NCBI GenBank assembly: GCA_013239625.1
Contig: MU054117.1
Span: 2,976,011-3,040,010 of the forward strand
Direction of reading: 5' to 3'
Length of the DNA stretch: 64,000 bases
Source: Lama guanicoe
Taxonomy: Eukaryota
Positions within the stretch are counted from its first letter, which is position 1. Each line of letters opens with the position of its first letter. Position numbers and translations under genes: made by a program. The notes beneath the pieces are model-generated. The model searched no databases and was not told where the DNA came from. It saw only the letters and a program-made list of their open reading frames with translations. Positions 24,839 to 36,918 of this stretch are shown in pieces.

Positions 24839-26049
24839 GGGTGCTCCGCGGTCGGTTGTGCCGATCTTGCTGCGTTCGCTGCTGCCTCCAGCTGCGTGGC
24901 CCGCAGCCCCCGCCTTCCGCCCGTCAAAGCAGCGTGGCCAGGCAGTCTGTTTGGGAGGAGTGGCCACTGATTAGATGAACATGCATGGGGCCGAGGAAGC
25001 CCGGTCGTGGACCGGGCACCCACCAGTGAGGCGGCCCGCGAGAAGCCCTCTGTCCGGCGGAGCAGCAGGAGTGAGTTGAGCCCATAGGGATGTAGGATGG
25101 AGAACGCGGAGGAGGGGGGATCTGTGAGGAGCAAAGCGAAGGGGAGCAGATACGCAGAGCTGAGAAAACTTGCCGTGAGAGAGACGCTGGAGCAGAGAGA
25201 AGGGGGGCAGGTGTCTTACACCTGCTGAAGTCCTGGTATTTCTCCAGTTCCGGTTCTCATATATGATTTCCCCCTTTCTTCCCTTGAGACGCAGAAACAC
25301 CTGCTCCTCGCAAGTAAGACACACAGTCCCCCCCAAACAACTCCCCCCAACACACTCAATCGACAGCGCCTACCTGTCTCCGGGGCGCTATCGGGGAGGG
25401 CGGGGATAAAGGCTGAGAAGCAGCGTCTCCTTCCCCGAGGACCAGGGAGCCTGGGGGGCAGAGTCCCGGGAGGGCGGCCCCCGCCTCCCAGATGCCAGGC
25501 CGAGGCGTGCGCGCGGCGCGGTCAGCGAGCACACCTGGTGGGAGTGGCACGTGCATCTGCTGGTAGAGTCCATCTTTTCTGGAAAACAGAACGCATTCTC
25601 GCGCTAGCAGAACACCAGACGTGACGCATGCTTCTCTCACTTCCAGGCACTGAACTGCCCCTCACACTTGGTGTCAGGTGAGTGTCCTGGAGACCACAAT
25701 GTTGGAACCGTAGAAGGGACACAGAAAGCCAGAGGCCCCGGGCAGCAGGAGAAGCAAGGCACTGTACAGCGGGAGGCAACGCGAGTGCACACGTCGCAGC
25801 TTGAAGGGCAGGTGCGTGTAATCACATAAATTACAGGCAAGTGTGTGTATCTGTACGGGGGCACACTCATCCAAACGCGTACAGCAAAGACAGGCTGGTG
25901 CTGAGTGGATGAGCTACAGCTCTCACGCTTCGGAGACCACCAGACCGCCCCCTCCCAGGAATCATATAATCACACTTACCACGATCTTTAAATATTTTGA
26001 ACTGATGCATAACATAATTCTCTTTTTTACTGCAAAATATTTACATGTT

Positions 26050-26596
26050 TTTTAAATTGAAATAGAGTTGATTTACAACGTTGTGTTAATATCTGGTGTA
26101 TGGCTTAGTGGTTCAGTTATACACACATACATTCTTGTTCATATTCTTTTTCATTATAGGTCACTACAAGCTATTGACTGTAGTTCCCCGTGCTCTGCAG
26201 CAGGACCTTGTTGTTTATCTATTCTGTCCATAGTAGTGTGTATCTGATAATCCCAAACTCCTAATTTATCCCTCCCTTCTTTCCTCTTGGGTAACCATAA
26301 GCTTGTTTTCTTTTTTTTAATATATATTTTATTTACTTATTTATTATTGTATTATTTAACTATGTTTACTTTGGCAGGGGGCAGGGAGGTAATGAGGTTT
26401 ATTTTTTAATGGAGGGACTGGGGATTGAACCCAGGACCTTGTGCATGCTAAGCATGGGCTCCACCACCTAGCTATACCCTCCCCTCATAAGTTTGTTTTC
26501 TATATCCATGAGTCTGCTCCTGTTTTGTAAATAAGTTCATTTGTGTCATTTTTTTAGATTCCACGTACAAGTGGTATCATAGGATATTTGTCTCTG
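26050..26596 (-). mobile_element. L1 3' end, antisense, interrupted by a SINE
   Basis: TTTTTTAAATTGAAATAGAGTTGATTTACAAC...TTTTTAGATTCCACGTACAAGTGGTATCAT. Confidence 0.85.
26312..26485 (-). mobile_element. camelid-type tRNA-derived SINE, full length
   Basis: Head GGGGAGGGTATAGCT..., B box GGTTCAATCCC, A-rich tail, 16-bp TSD CATAAG(C/T)TTGTTTTCT at 26296-26311 and 26486-26501. Confidence 0.92.
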
Positions 26597-26797
26597 CATG
26601 CCTGACATAATTCTGAACCAGAGGCTGAGGTTACAGGAAAGAGGATGAAGAAGGCTGGGAGAGGGGGTGACACTTGATAGTGTCAAGGCTCCAGGAGGTA
26701 CAGACACACTAGACCACTGTCAGCAGGTGAGACATCCAACAGGGAGACCCCCCTGGGAGGTGGTGAGCAGTTCAGGGCTCAGGGGCCTCCACCCCAG

Positions 26798-26812
26798 GGC
26801 GCCCTCTGGTGG
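26798..26812 (-). promoter_or_regulatory. candidate CTCF motif, consensus match
   Basis: Minus strand CCACCAGAGGGCGCC. Confidence 0.65.
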
Positions 26813-27794
26813 AACTCAGTGTGGTTGACAGCGTGGACCGGGGCACTGTCAGAGCAGAAGCTGCTCCTCTTGTCTGAGAACTCGGTGCCCCTCCCTTCCC
26901 CAGCCTCCAGCTCCTTGCAAATTCGCAGGACTACACCCCTGACTCCCTGACCCAAGAGAGTCAGGGCAGGTACAAGAACCGCAAAGAAAGATATTTCCAC
27001 CTAGTTGCAGTTTTTTCTCTCCAGACAGGTGCCCCTGCCTTTCCGATCCAGTGGCAACGAAACTTGGCAGGGATTCAGGCAGTGAGCAGCGCGACTCGTC
27101 ACAGACCTGCACTGAGCCCGGGAGGCGAAGGCACCCACTGCATTAGCGCTCAGGCACCTAATCATTCCAGGCTGCGTCCTAACACACCCGTAATAACCCG
27201 GCTGGCGGTCACAGCAGCCCTGGGGGGCCGGTGCCGATTGTCCGATGGGCCCGCAGCACAGAGCGGCCACGCAGCCTGTGACTGCTTGGCTGGATGGGAC
27301 CCCAGGCTGTCTGGTTTCAGAGTCCGCGGTGCTGATCAGCACCCTGTGCTGCTCTGGGTACAGATGTAACGGCCTCACCCTCCAAGAAGTGCATGTTCAG
27401 TGGGTGTGTTCCCAGAGCTGACATCCTTTCAGAACCGGGGCCCCAAGTTCCAGCCCCTCCTGCCCTGTCATCGCTTCAGCATAGAGGATGATAGTGTTGG
27501 GAAACCAAGCGTCACCAAAAATAAACCCGTGTTCCCCCTTCAGCCCCCACCTTAGAGCCGGTCAGTCCCTGCCCTAGAGGGTCGCTGCACAGTCTTCTCC
27601 GGCGATGTAGTAACAAACCTTCAGTGGACAATTGCTTTAGGCCGACTTATTCGAGCTGAGAAACGATACCTCCCTGGTGAATTACACTGTCACCGCAGGG
27701 AGGGCGTTTATAACTCTCTCTAAAAGGAGTCTCCTAAGCCATCATACGTGGTCACAAAGCACAAAACTCTGGGAGACCTCAGCGCCCGAGGCCC

Positions 27795-28135
27795 AAGGCA
27801 GCCCGCGCTGGGGGTGCCTGTGTTTGCCATTTCTGATGTAGCACCTAAATACGGTCAATTCCAGATTATTCCAGAAAGTTCCAAACAGCAACACCTGAAT
27901 TTTCCACCTGCTGGTAGCTATTTATGTAGAATTTACATTGTGGTCACAACTATGTTTGCAGTATTTACATTATATTGGGTATAGCAAGTACTCTAGAGAT
28001 GATCTGATGTATACAGGAGGGTTCCGTAGGCTATAGGTAAATGCCTCTCTGTCTTACACAAGAGACTCGAGCCTCTGGGGATTTCGGGATGGGGGTGGTG
28101 TCCTGGAACCCATCTGCTAGGAGCGACTGTGTGCA
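27795..28135. mobile_element. MER2-like Tigger (TcMar) DNA transposon relic
   Basis: ATTTACATTATATTGGGTATAGCAAGTACTCTAGAGATGAT...TATACAGGAGG...GTCCTGGAACC. Confidence 0.75.
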
Positions 28136-28144
28136 TGAGGTCCA

Positions 28145-28245
28145 CATGTCAATAAACTTCTGCTTTCCTTTTGCTAATCTGTCATTACAGGGGTCTCCGC
28201 CAGGAACGCCGAAGGGAGACGGGAAATTATTTTTCCTCCTCTGCA
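28145..28245 (+). mobile_element. 3' end of an ERV1-type LTR (MER34/MER39-like)
   Basis: AATAAACTTCTG...TAATCTGTC...ACAGGGGTCTC...TTTTTCCTCCTCTGCA. Confidence 0.5.
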
Positions 28246-28539
28246 TCAACCACTAAGCTTCCTTGTCTTTTGATACCCTTTCCTCCCGGTTGTTCAAGTC
28301 TTCCGCTGACATCGGGTTGGGCGAGGTATCCAGAAGGCAGCTCACCCGCCGGCCCCCTGTCTGGCGGCGTGCGCAGGGCTGGCTCTCTGCTGTTCTCCAA
28401 GAACTCGACGGAAGCAAACTGGGCTTTGCTACCTACACACAGTGTTTTTTAAATGTTGACCTTGTAATACGTGTATTTTTTTAAATGGAGGCTGTCATGC
28501 CAAGATCAGGCACATACAGCCGCATCACATCCAAGTCAC

Positions 28540-29660
28540 ACGAAAAGACAGATCACCGGCCCGTGTGGGGTGATCCCGACGCCTGTGTGGGTCTCCGCCA
28601 GCTCGGACACCGGCAGGTGACCCAGGAGTCGGCCCTTCCGGTCCTCGCGGTGACAATTACAACTGCACGAAGCCGAGTCTCTTGTTGTGCCCACGGGGAC
28701 GCTGAAGCCCGGGGCTCGGTGACTTCAGAGTGACTCGGAGCAGCCCCGCGGGGAGCGCGTGCGCCCGTCAGGAGCCGGACAGGTGGGAGGGGGTCCCAGG
28801 ATCGGAGACCGCTTCTGTGTTCCGTGCCTGGGGAGGCACGGTTCGGAGAGTAACCATCTCCGTAGCTATGGACGCAGAGGCACCCCGCAATTTGCTGGAT
28901 GACGTAAAATCCCACAGGAGAGAAGGAAGGAAACGGGGGCTACGTGGCAGCGCGGGGAAAGGCGGTTCGCCAAGGCCTTTCCGACGGGCCGGGCTCCGGA
29001 GCACGCGAAGCGGTCACTGCCGGAAACGGGCCCGCTTTTCCCGGCAGTTCCTACAAATGGGATGGACCCCCCCCCCCCAGCGGACTCGGCTGGGCTGTCG
29101 CACCTCGCGGCCGAGGAGGAGGCCGGGCCGATTCCCGAGGGCCCTCGCACTCCGTTCTCTGAAGTTTCCAGCCGGGAGCTCGGCTCCCGCGTCCGCGGTG
29201 CCGGCTCTGGGGGGAGATGGCGCCACCTGGTGCTTGTCGCCCTCAACCGCACCTCCCGCCCAGACGCCTCCCTAGCTCGGACCCCCAGCGGCAGTCCCTG
29301 CCCCCTAGCCAGGCAGAGTCGCCCGAGGCAGCGAAGCCTTTCAGAAAACGGAATCAGCACGGAACTGTTTGCTGAATTAGAATGTTCTTTTGAGAAAATT
29401 ATGAGAGGAGTCAGTGCAGCGCCGAGAGGTGAGGAGAGGTGAGGACGCTGAGTTCCCGTCCCCCTCCGTGCGCGGACCACGCGGGGTGCTGCAGGGAACA
29501 CGCAGGGCGCCTGCGCACGAGCCCTTCGCCGGGCAGGCACGGCCCGCGGGGTGGGAGAGGCGGGGACGGGTGGCAGACCCACCGTCACGCTGAGTTTCCA
29601 GCCCCGCCTGGGGGGAGATGGCGCTGGCCGTTCGGGAGTGTCCAGGCCGGCTGGAGTACT
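28540..29660. promoter_or_regulatory. intergenic CpG-island-like element containing a CTCF-like motif (29219-29233, minus)
   Basis: Dense CpG and high GC by eye; minus strand GCACCAGGTGGCGCC. Confidence 0.55.
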
Positions 29661-29703
29661 TCCTGCAGGGCAGGTCAAAGAAGGCATTTAAACTAGCAAA
29701 ATG

Positions 29704-29913
29704 GCAAACAACGAGGCCCTGCTGTGCAGCACAGGGAGCTAGATCCAGCAACCTGTAATAATCTACAATGGGAAAGAGTCTGAAAAAGAATGTGTGTGTG
29801 TGTGTGAACATAACTGAATCACTCCACTGTACACCCGAAACCAACACAACGTCGTAAGTCAACTCTACTTGCGTAAAAAAGTCAGGGATTGCCTAGAACA
29901 AACAAGCAAAAAC
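29704..29913 (+). mobile_element. short L1 3'-end insertion
   Basis: CTGTGCAGCACAGGGAGCTAGAT...AACTGAATCACTCCACTGTACACCCGAAACC; TSD AAAC(T/C)AGCAAAATG at 29690-29703 and 29914-29927. Confidence 0.8.
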
Positions 29914-31039
29914 AAACCAGCAAAATGACTGACAGAGACGATCTTTCAATCTCTTCCTGAAGTTGCAGTTTTAAATTGTACCCGTAAAGTGGTTGATCAG
30001 GGTATAGGAGGTCTGTACCAGTTAAAACGAAGAACGGAATTTAAAAAGTGTCATCTATGTGTAATCAACAAATTCTCTGATGGGACACTGTGACTGTTCC
30101 ACATCCCTACTGAGCACAAGCAAGAATAAAGTGGTTCTAAGATACAGAAAATAAAGATAAATTTCTTCTTACGCCTGACTTTGAGTTCCTTGGAGGCAGG
30201 GTTCTGGACACTGCGTCCTGCCCGGCGCAGAGCCTGGCGTGTAGCAGATATAGATGCTCAGCTAGTGTTTTGTTGGATGAGTGACTACATTCACTTACAG
30301 TTTCCCTGGAGGCAGAAAACTAGACAAATAAACTGTTATTGAACAGGCTGAGAAGGAAACGCCGAGCAGCCCTGACGCTGAGGAGCTGGCCGGGCGCGCG
30401 GTCAGGTCATCCTCCCTCTCCCTGGATGGAAACGCCCTCGGCGAACACAGCCCAGGAGAGCGTCCCAGGAGACTGTGACGACACAGGCAGCACAAGGCCA
30501 CGCCATAGTTTTGTCTAAGCACAGAGGAAAATAAGGTCAGTGTGCCACCCGCTGGGCACCGACAGCCCCCGTCTCAGCCAGAATGAGTGTTTGCCGCTTC
30601 TTTACAAAGGACAGCCTATCCTCGGGCCAGCCTTCCCTCCCTACAGAGAAGACCCACCGAGATACCTGCTTCCTGACAGCCTCCAGTATGGGGCCCACCC
30701 CCTTCCGGAGATGCTCCCCAAGTCCCTAAGAAGGCCTCTCTGAGCCCCTCCTCCTGGGATGCCCCCAGCCCCTGGCCGGCCCACTCCCCGTGCACCCGAC
30801 CCGCTTAGCCCCAGGGCTGCTCCTGGGCGCTTGGCCGAAGGGCGCGGGCCAAGTGAGCAAAGAGGGAAAAGCGCCCTTAACCCCAGGGCCGCGCGGGCCC
30901 GGTGAGAGCCCCAGACCCGTGAGAGCTGCGTGGCTGCAGAGCGCCTCCTGAGAGAGGAGGGTCTTGGCTGTTGACACCTGACCGCGTTTCCCTGCACTAT
31001 CCTAAGCCCTTCTCAGGCGTTATTTCGTCACGCATCGTA

Positions 31040-31170
31040 GGCACTGTCACTGGCCCTGTTTGTAGATGAGGAGCTGAGGCACAGAGAAGTTACCTCCCCA
31101 AGGTCATACAGCTGGTAAGGGGTGGAGCCAGGGTTCAGCTCCACCATCTGACCCCAGAGCCCCAGCTTCA
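31040..31170 (-). mobile_element. MIR SINE fragment
   Basis: TAGATGAGGAGCTGAGGCACAGAGAAGTT...CCCAAGGTCATACAGCTGGTAAG. Confidence 0.8.
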
Positions 31171-31859
31171 GACAACTAGGACTCTGAAGGGAGAAGGGAG
31201 GTACGGGAGCAAGGCATGCTGGAAGGCCCGGGACCACCCCGTGCTCCCCAGGCCCTGGCCTGACTCCCACAAGGCCGACCCCTGGGGCCAGGTGCAGACA
31301 AGAAGGGCAACACATCCTGGTTCTTTAAGTGGATTTGATTCTGTCCCCTTCATTGTGATGATAAAAAGCGCTCAGTCTGCCCCCAGCCCACACCTTGTTT
31401 CTGACCCACCGCAAGCCTGGGGGCGTAGTTGGGTGTGGCCGAATCACCTCATTTACACAGGCCCATCTTCCAGGCCTCTGCATCCAAACATCCTTTTACA
31501 GGTCCCTTAGGGAAGCCGTCTCTGATTCCCTAGGAAAGGTGAGAGCCCCTTGTCACAGGCGCCCAAGTGGCCTCAGCTTCCCGTCTGGTAAAGCCTGTCA
31601 CTCCTGTGATGGTTCAGGATGCTTCCATCCTGCCGTTCCACCCCAGGAACCTGGGGTTGTGAACTTGAAGGGGACCGGGCCCCGTGGCAGGAGAGATCCG
31701 GGGAGAGCCGGGTCAATCCCTTTTGCTTCTTCTCCCTAACTCCTGCCTCTCCATCCTTGGTCCGTTCAGGCGTTGCCCAGAGAAATCCGGCCACCAGCTC
31801 GCTCAGGTCTTTTTTCTTAACAAGAGCCTGGTCAGTTGTTCAAAAAAGTCACCTTCCAA

Positions 31860-31998
31860 GGGGGAGGGTATAGTTCAGAGGCAGAGCACATGCTTAGCAT
31901 GCACGAGGTCCTGGGTTCAATCCCCAGTACCTCCTCTAAAAATAAATAAATAAATCTAATTACCGCCCCCCACAAAATAAAATAAATACATTAAAAAA
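31860..31998 (+). mobile_element. camelid-type tRNA-derived SINE, full length
   Basis: GGGGAGGGTATAGTTCAG...GGTCCTGGGTTCAATCCCCAGTACCTCC...AATCTAATTACC...A-tail; TSD AAAAAA(G/A)TCACCTTC. Confidence 0.92.
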
Positions 31999-34210
31999 AA
32001 AATCACCTTCTGACAAGCAAACCTTCCCCCTCTGGTAAGTCATCCAAGGTCACATGGAGTCAAGCAGCAAACCCAGAAATAGAACTCAGATCAGCGCTCC
32101 CAAGACGGCGCCAGATCTTTTCCTTAACGAATAAAGAGGAGGAACTCGGCTCAAACACCGACTCTCTAAGAATGTTAATCAAATGTGGACTGATCAGGCC
32201 TGCAGCATCCACGTGCTCCCCAGGGAGACTTTAAAGCTAATGAGCCCTTCAGGAAAGGTATGAAAAAGGAACAGGAAGATACCAGAAGCACAACCTGGAT
32301 TTACGGTTAAGATGGTAAAGATGGCCTGAATTCAGGTCTAGATTGTGTCTGCCCCCCTCCCACGCCCTGAGCTGACTGCCCACAGTGGGGTCAGCCTAAG
32401 CCTGGGTCAGGATCAGCTCGTGTGCAGCCTCTCCGTGGCAGAGGGTCCAGCAAAGCTAAAAAGCAGCAGGGAACACAGATGCCTTTGGCATAACCCTGTT
32501 TCCCATTCTCGAGGGAAGCCACTTAAAAATAAGTAAAACCAACGCTGATTTCTTAGATACACAGCCGCACAGTGAGAAGGTTCGAATAAGAGCCCAGTTC
32601 ACAGCCGGCGGGGCCAAGGAGTGAGCGCCAGGCCGTTAGAGCTGAGAGCATTGCAGCGTCTTCCAGCAGGAGGCTGGCGTCAGTCACAGCAGGGAGGCAC
32701 CGCCAGGTGCTGGGAACACGCAGCACACCTTCCGACCCGGGATGCTCCGGCACGGCGCAGCCCGCGAGGGGCGAGGGGCTGCAAACAGCTCCCACACCTG
32801 CCTCAGCCCGGGGTCTCGGAAACCTCCCTCTGCGCCAAAGTGAAGGTGAGGGAGGAGCTGTGGGCGCCTCTCCTGGGCGCACCACTCACCCTGCCCACGC
32901 TGTGACCCGACAGCCGTGTACCTCCGAGTCTCTCAAAACGGCCCTTTCTTCCGCCAGCGGTGCCCAAGGAACACGATCGAATTATTCACAGGAAGTGAGG
33001 GAGGGAGGCGTGTTTCACCAAACCTGTTCCTGCATTTAGTGCAGGGGGAGGGTGATGCTCAGCAAAATCACTTCGCCGAGTTTTTGATCAAAAATAATTT
33101 TTGACAAGGATTTGTTTTCCTCTTCCTGGCTGTTTTTCATTACATTTTTCTCTTGACTAGTCCAGAATGTATAACTTCATCTGCAAATGGATCGCTTTAC
33201 GCCAGATTAAATGATTACTGACAAATAAGTAAAGCACCCTTACCTGGGGCCGGGGAGGTGGTCTGGGACGGAACCACAACCAGGAGTGCTCACCGCAAGG
33301 TCATTTCTGGCGCAGTTCCTGCAACCTGGGAGGTGACCTCAGATACCCGGACGGCTTAGGCACACTTCTGTAAGGTTGTCACCTTTCTACATCATCAAGC
33401 AAAGTGCAGCTGACTTTTCATCATAATGAGCCTTAGAAATAGTCCAGCGTTTAGACAGACTGGAACATGGCTGTAGCAAACGGAAGACTCGGCTAGTGTG
33501 CACGGGTAGGCCTTGCTCATTCTGTTTGCATTTCTCCCAGCGCTACAATTAAGATGTTTGGCCAGAAGAAGCTTAAAGCTTAAGCGACATGCCTACCTTC
33601 CTCCAAAAGGAACTACTGCACACACCGGGAGGGGCTGAGGCTGCAGACCTCGGGTGAAGGCAGACGCCCCTCGAACTGCTCCTCTCCGAGCCGGGAGCCG
33701 CCGGGAGCAAAGGCAGCTGGTCTCGGGCTCTGCGGGAATTTTCAGAGGCGCGGAGGAAACGATTTTCCCCACGGGCGGTTTGATCAGCTGTGGCCCGTGA
33801 TTCACTCGGAGACCCAGAGACCGCCCCCGCCTACAAGTCGGTTCCGTGAGAGTTACAGGCTGCAGACTCCCAGAGTCCATGCAGTTTGAGCAGAAAACTT
33901 AGGTTTAAATCATGCAGGGTGGGAACACAGACGTCGCAGACATAAATACACGGGGTAGAGACAACCAGACCTGCCACTGCGTGGGAAACAGCACTTTCCT
34001 ACGTCAAAAACGGCTCCCACGACTTGACCACCCTCACTGGAACAGTCCAGAAATGAAAGCGGCACTAATGCAAAACCTTCCTGTTAGCAAGTAAAAGATT
34101 TAGGAGACTGTTTCTTATAAACACTTTCTTTTTTTACCCCAAGGCTGCTATTACCAAAGCGAGAAAGCAAAGCCACGATCAGCTGTTTTTCCTGCAGAAT
34201 CTGAAAATCA

Positions 34211-34216
34211 TTTATT
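34211..34216 (-). promoter_or_regulatory. candidate PARP11 polyadenylation signal (implies a 3'UTR of about 2.4 kb)
   Basis: First minus-strand AATAAA I found downstream of the stop codon, followed by a GU/U-rich element (TGGCTTTGCTTTCTCGCTTTGG). Confidence 0.4.
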
Positions 34217-35612
34217 CGCGGATCTGGAATAGTCTCTCCAGCCCCCCTTCCACACCCCACGTGATGACCAGAGGAAAACACGGCAAACGGTTGGTTCCAG
34301 TCTCGGGACATCCTGACAATACGATCCTCAGCTCAATCTACTGACCAAAAACAAGAGCTCTAACATCCATTAACTCTATGCTGTTGTTTTAAAAGTCGAT
34401 CAACATCCGCTCTTTCTTTTTCAAGGGGAGCTGGAGAACGCTCTCAGGAATAGCGCTACGTTCTCTCTTACAAGGTCCGCGTGAGCAGGGGGGCCAACAG
34501 TGAGGGTCAGCGTTCACGCAGGGTGCCTCGCAAGTTTCAACCTCCTGCTCTTAGCTTCCTGGGGTAGGACCTGCTTGTGTCTAACAGAGTAACAACCCCT
34601 GAAAGCTACAAAGTTATCCCATTCGAGTGATGGGAGAGGCAAACAAGTTAAATTGGAAAAAAAAGATAGCCATATTTAAGGCGGGGCTATTTTAACATTT
34701 TTTGGTATGCAAATAACAAATAAGTAGAAGAAAAAGATTTTCAAGGTCTGAAATCCTAATGTCTCTAACAGGATTTTTGTGAGCGAGCTGGGAGTGGCTG
34801 TGTGCTGTGTCTCACGAGGCAGCCTGGTGACTTTCCCGCCATCGTTTCCACTATGGCATCCTGGTGCCTCCAAAACGTGCCCTTCATCTAAACCGGCTGT
34901 CCGTCTGCACATCAGAGTCAGGAAGTCTTTGTTGTTAACTTGGAATGCCTTCCCTGTGTGCCGTGTGCCACTTAGTTTCCACGGCACAATCACGTGTATC
35001 GTGGGCTCTGCGGAGAACCTGGGGATCTGGGGCAGTTGAAGAACTACCTAATCTTGCTCCATGCTCCGTATTTGTATCATTTCTAGACGCCTGCCCAGTT
35101 CACATGCTGGAGCTGAGCCTCAGAAACGTGGGTTTTTCTTGAGAAGTTAAGTTACCCTCACTACCTTCCAGCCAAAACTAGGAGAGGATAATGGAGCGAG
35201 AATTTAGTATTAAACTGAGTTAGAAAAGGTTTTCCAAAAAAGACAGTGTTCTTTTCTTCTTTTTTTTTTAGGTAGAATCATAGAAAATCTAGGTTGGAAA
35301 AGCTCTTAAAAATCCTGTGGCCAATTCCTCCACTGACACCTGGACTCCTGTGTAACATCTCTGCCAAGTTGTTGTCCAGCCTCTGCTGGAATACTTTCAG
35401 GGGCAGGAAGCTGTTCTGACATTACTTATTCCTCCTTAAAATAGAACAGCAACACAGACAGAACGGGGAAACAAACTTCCACTAAGCACGATTTATGAAT
35501 TGTACCTAACTTTTCAAGAGTTAGCAGATTGTCAATTGCTACTCAAAAGAATAAACAGGATTTGTTTCAAGCATCCCATGCTTGCTGCAGTGATTCAAAG
35601 TGGGGAGATGGT

Positions 35613-35700
35613 GGGGAGGGTGTAGCTCAGTGGCAGAGTGTGTGCTTAGCATGCACAAGGTCCTGGGTTCAGTCCTCAGTCCCTTCATTAAAAATAAAAT
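35613..35700 (+). mobile_element. camelid-type SINE, short-tailed, antisense within the presumptive PARP11 3'UTR
   Basis: GGGGAGGGTGTAGCTCAGTGGCAGAGTG...GGTCCTGGGTTCAGTCC...ATTAAAAATAAAAT. Confidence 0.85.
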
Positions 35701-36601
35701 CATCAAGTGAGATAAAATGTAGAAGTGTGAATTTTACAACTCATTGCTGAATAGCTATGGGGGGGAGCAGATTACAATGTCTGACAATCATTGTAGGGAC
35801 CTGAAACAAAGGGAAAATAAATGTTTTAAATAATAAATAAAAGTTTCACTTGGAGGTTGCAGTAAACACTCGTGCAGTCAGTCTTAGGCGAGAATTCAGG
35901 AGCTCTGGTGGGTGACGTGCAGGCTGATTCCGGGCTGTTGCGGGTGTCAGTGAGGCTGGGAGACAGGAGTGCATGGTGAGAGCGAGGCAGTCTGATGCCC
36001 GCCCGCCCGCCATCCGAGGCAGCCGGAGCAGGGCACCCGGTCTCGGCTTCATCCTTCTGCCTTGTCTGGCAGCCCTGCAAACCAGGCTCTCGTTGCTGAC
36101 TTCTTCAGGAGTCAGGCTGCTCTGAGGTTTTAAACGCCCCCTTCAGAAGACCAACAAAGCCACGTGCTGATGGGTGGACAGCAGTTTCAGAATTCAATTT
36201 ACAAAGGGCCGGTTCCTCTGAAGGGGAGCGTTCATGTCTGTATTTTTAGTTTTTGGACACGTATAGGAATAAGTCTATCTGGACTGAAAACACTGACCCT
36301 GAAAAGACACCCGTAAACTTCCAAGACTCAGAGTGACTCGGCTGGTTCAGTTTCGAGGGCTGTCTTCCCCGTCGGTGTCCGTCGCTAACAAACACAAGGA
36401 ACAAACACGACTCGTAATGGACAAAACCAGAAAGACAAAAAACCAGCCACGGCGTCAGCGTGTCTTTTTATAGGGAGGCCACTTTTTTCTTTCTTATCTG
36501 CTTCAGAAGCATCAGCTAATTAACATTTTAGTAGCTGGAGATCAAATCCCCCTGCGGAAAAAGAACGGAATGTCCGTGACCACTGAAACGTGGAAGTGAG
36601 A

Positions 36602-36918
36602 TCAATGGAAGTCTATTAAGTACTCAGGGTAGATCTGGTTGGCGTCAAACACCACGAAGATCCTTGGGTTCCAGGTGTCGTCCACACAGCTGTCGTACAA
36701 GTTCACGTAGCTCCCGTCTTTGGAAGGGGGGCGCATGTACTTGGAGTCCCCGTTGATGTAGTCTCCGATGAGCACACGCGCCAGGAACATGGATTTGTAG
36801 GTTCGACACAGGTGCCGCTGCTGCAGGCTGACGCCGTGAATCTGGAACGTGTTTCCGTGCTTTATGTCATCTTTGCAGAAGCGACTGGAGTAAGCAGCAT
36901 CTCTGGCAAAGTACGTTC
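36602..36918 (-). CDS. PARP11: PARP11 last coding exon (317 nt incl. TGA): (G)TYFARDAAYSSRFCKDD...YMRPPSKDGSYVNLYDSCVDDTWNPRIFVVFDANQIYPEYLIDFH*
   Basis: PARP catalytic C-terminus (GTYFA, RPP, YDSCVD, IFVVFD, QIYPEY); acceptor TTTAAG|GA; phase fits upstream exon. Confidence 0.97.

Noticed and set aside
24971..25336. Minus ORF with protein-like segment (…VFLRLKGRKGEIIYENRNW…) as a downstream PARP11 exon
   Set aside because: No recognisable homology and no convincing splice pair
28866..29687. 273-aa minus ORF
   Set aside because: CpG-island artefact with no domain
31860..31935. SINE heads as tRNA genes (also 26.4, 35.6, 47.7 kb and 781-856)
   Set aside because: Broken cloverleafs followed by family tail, A-tail and TSDs, so retroposons rather than tRNAs
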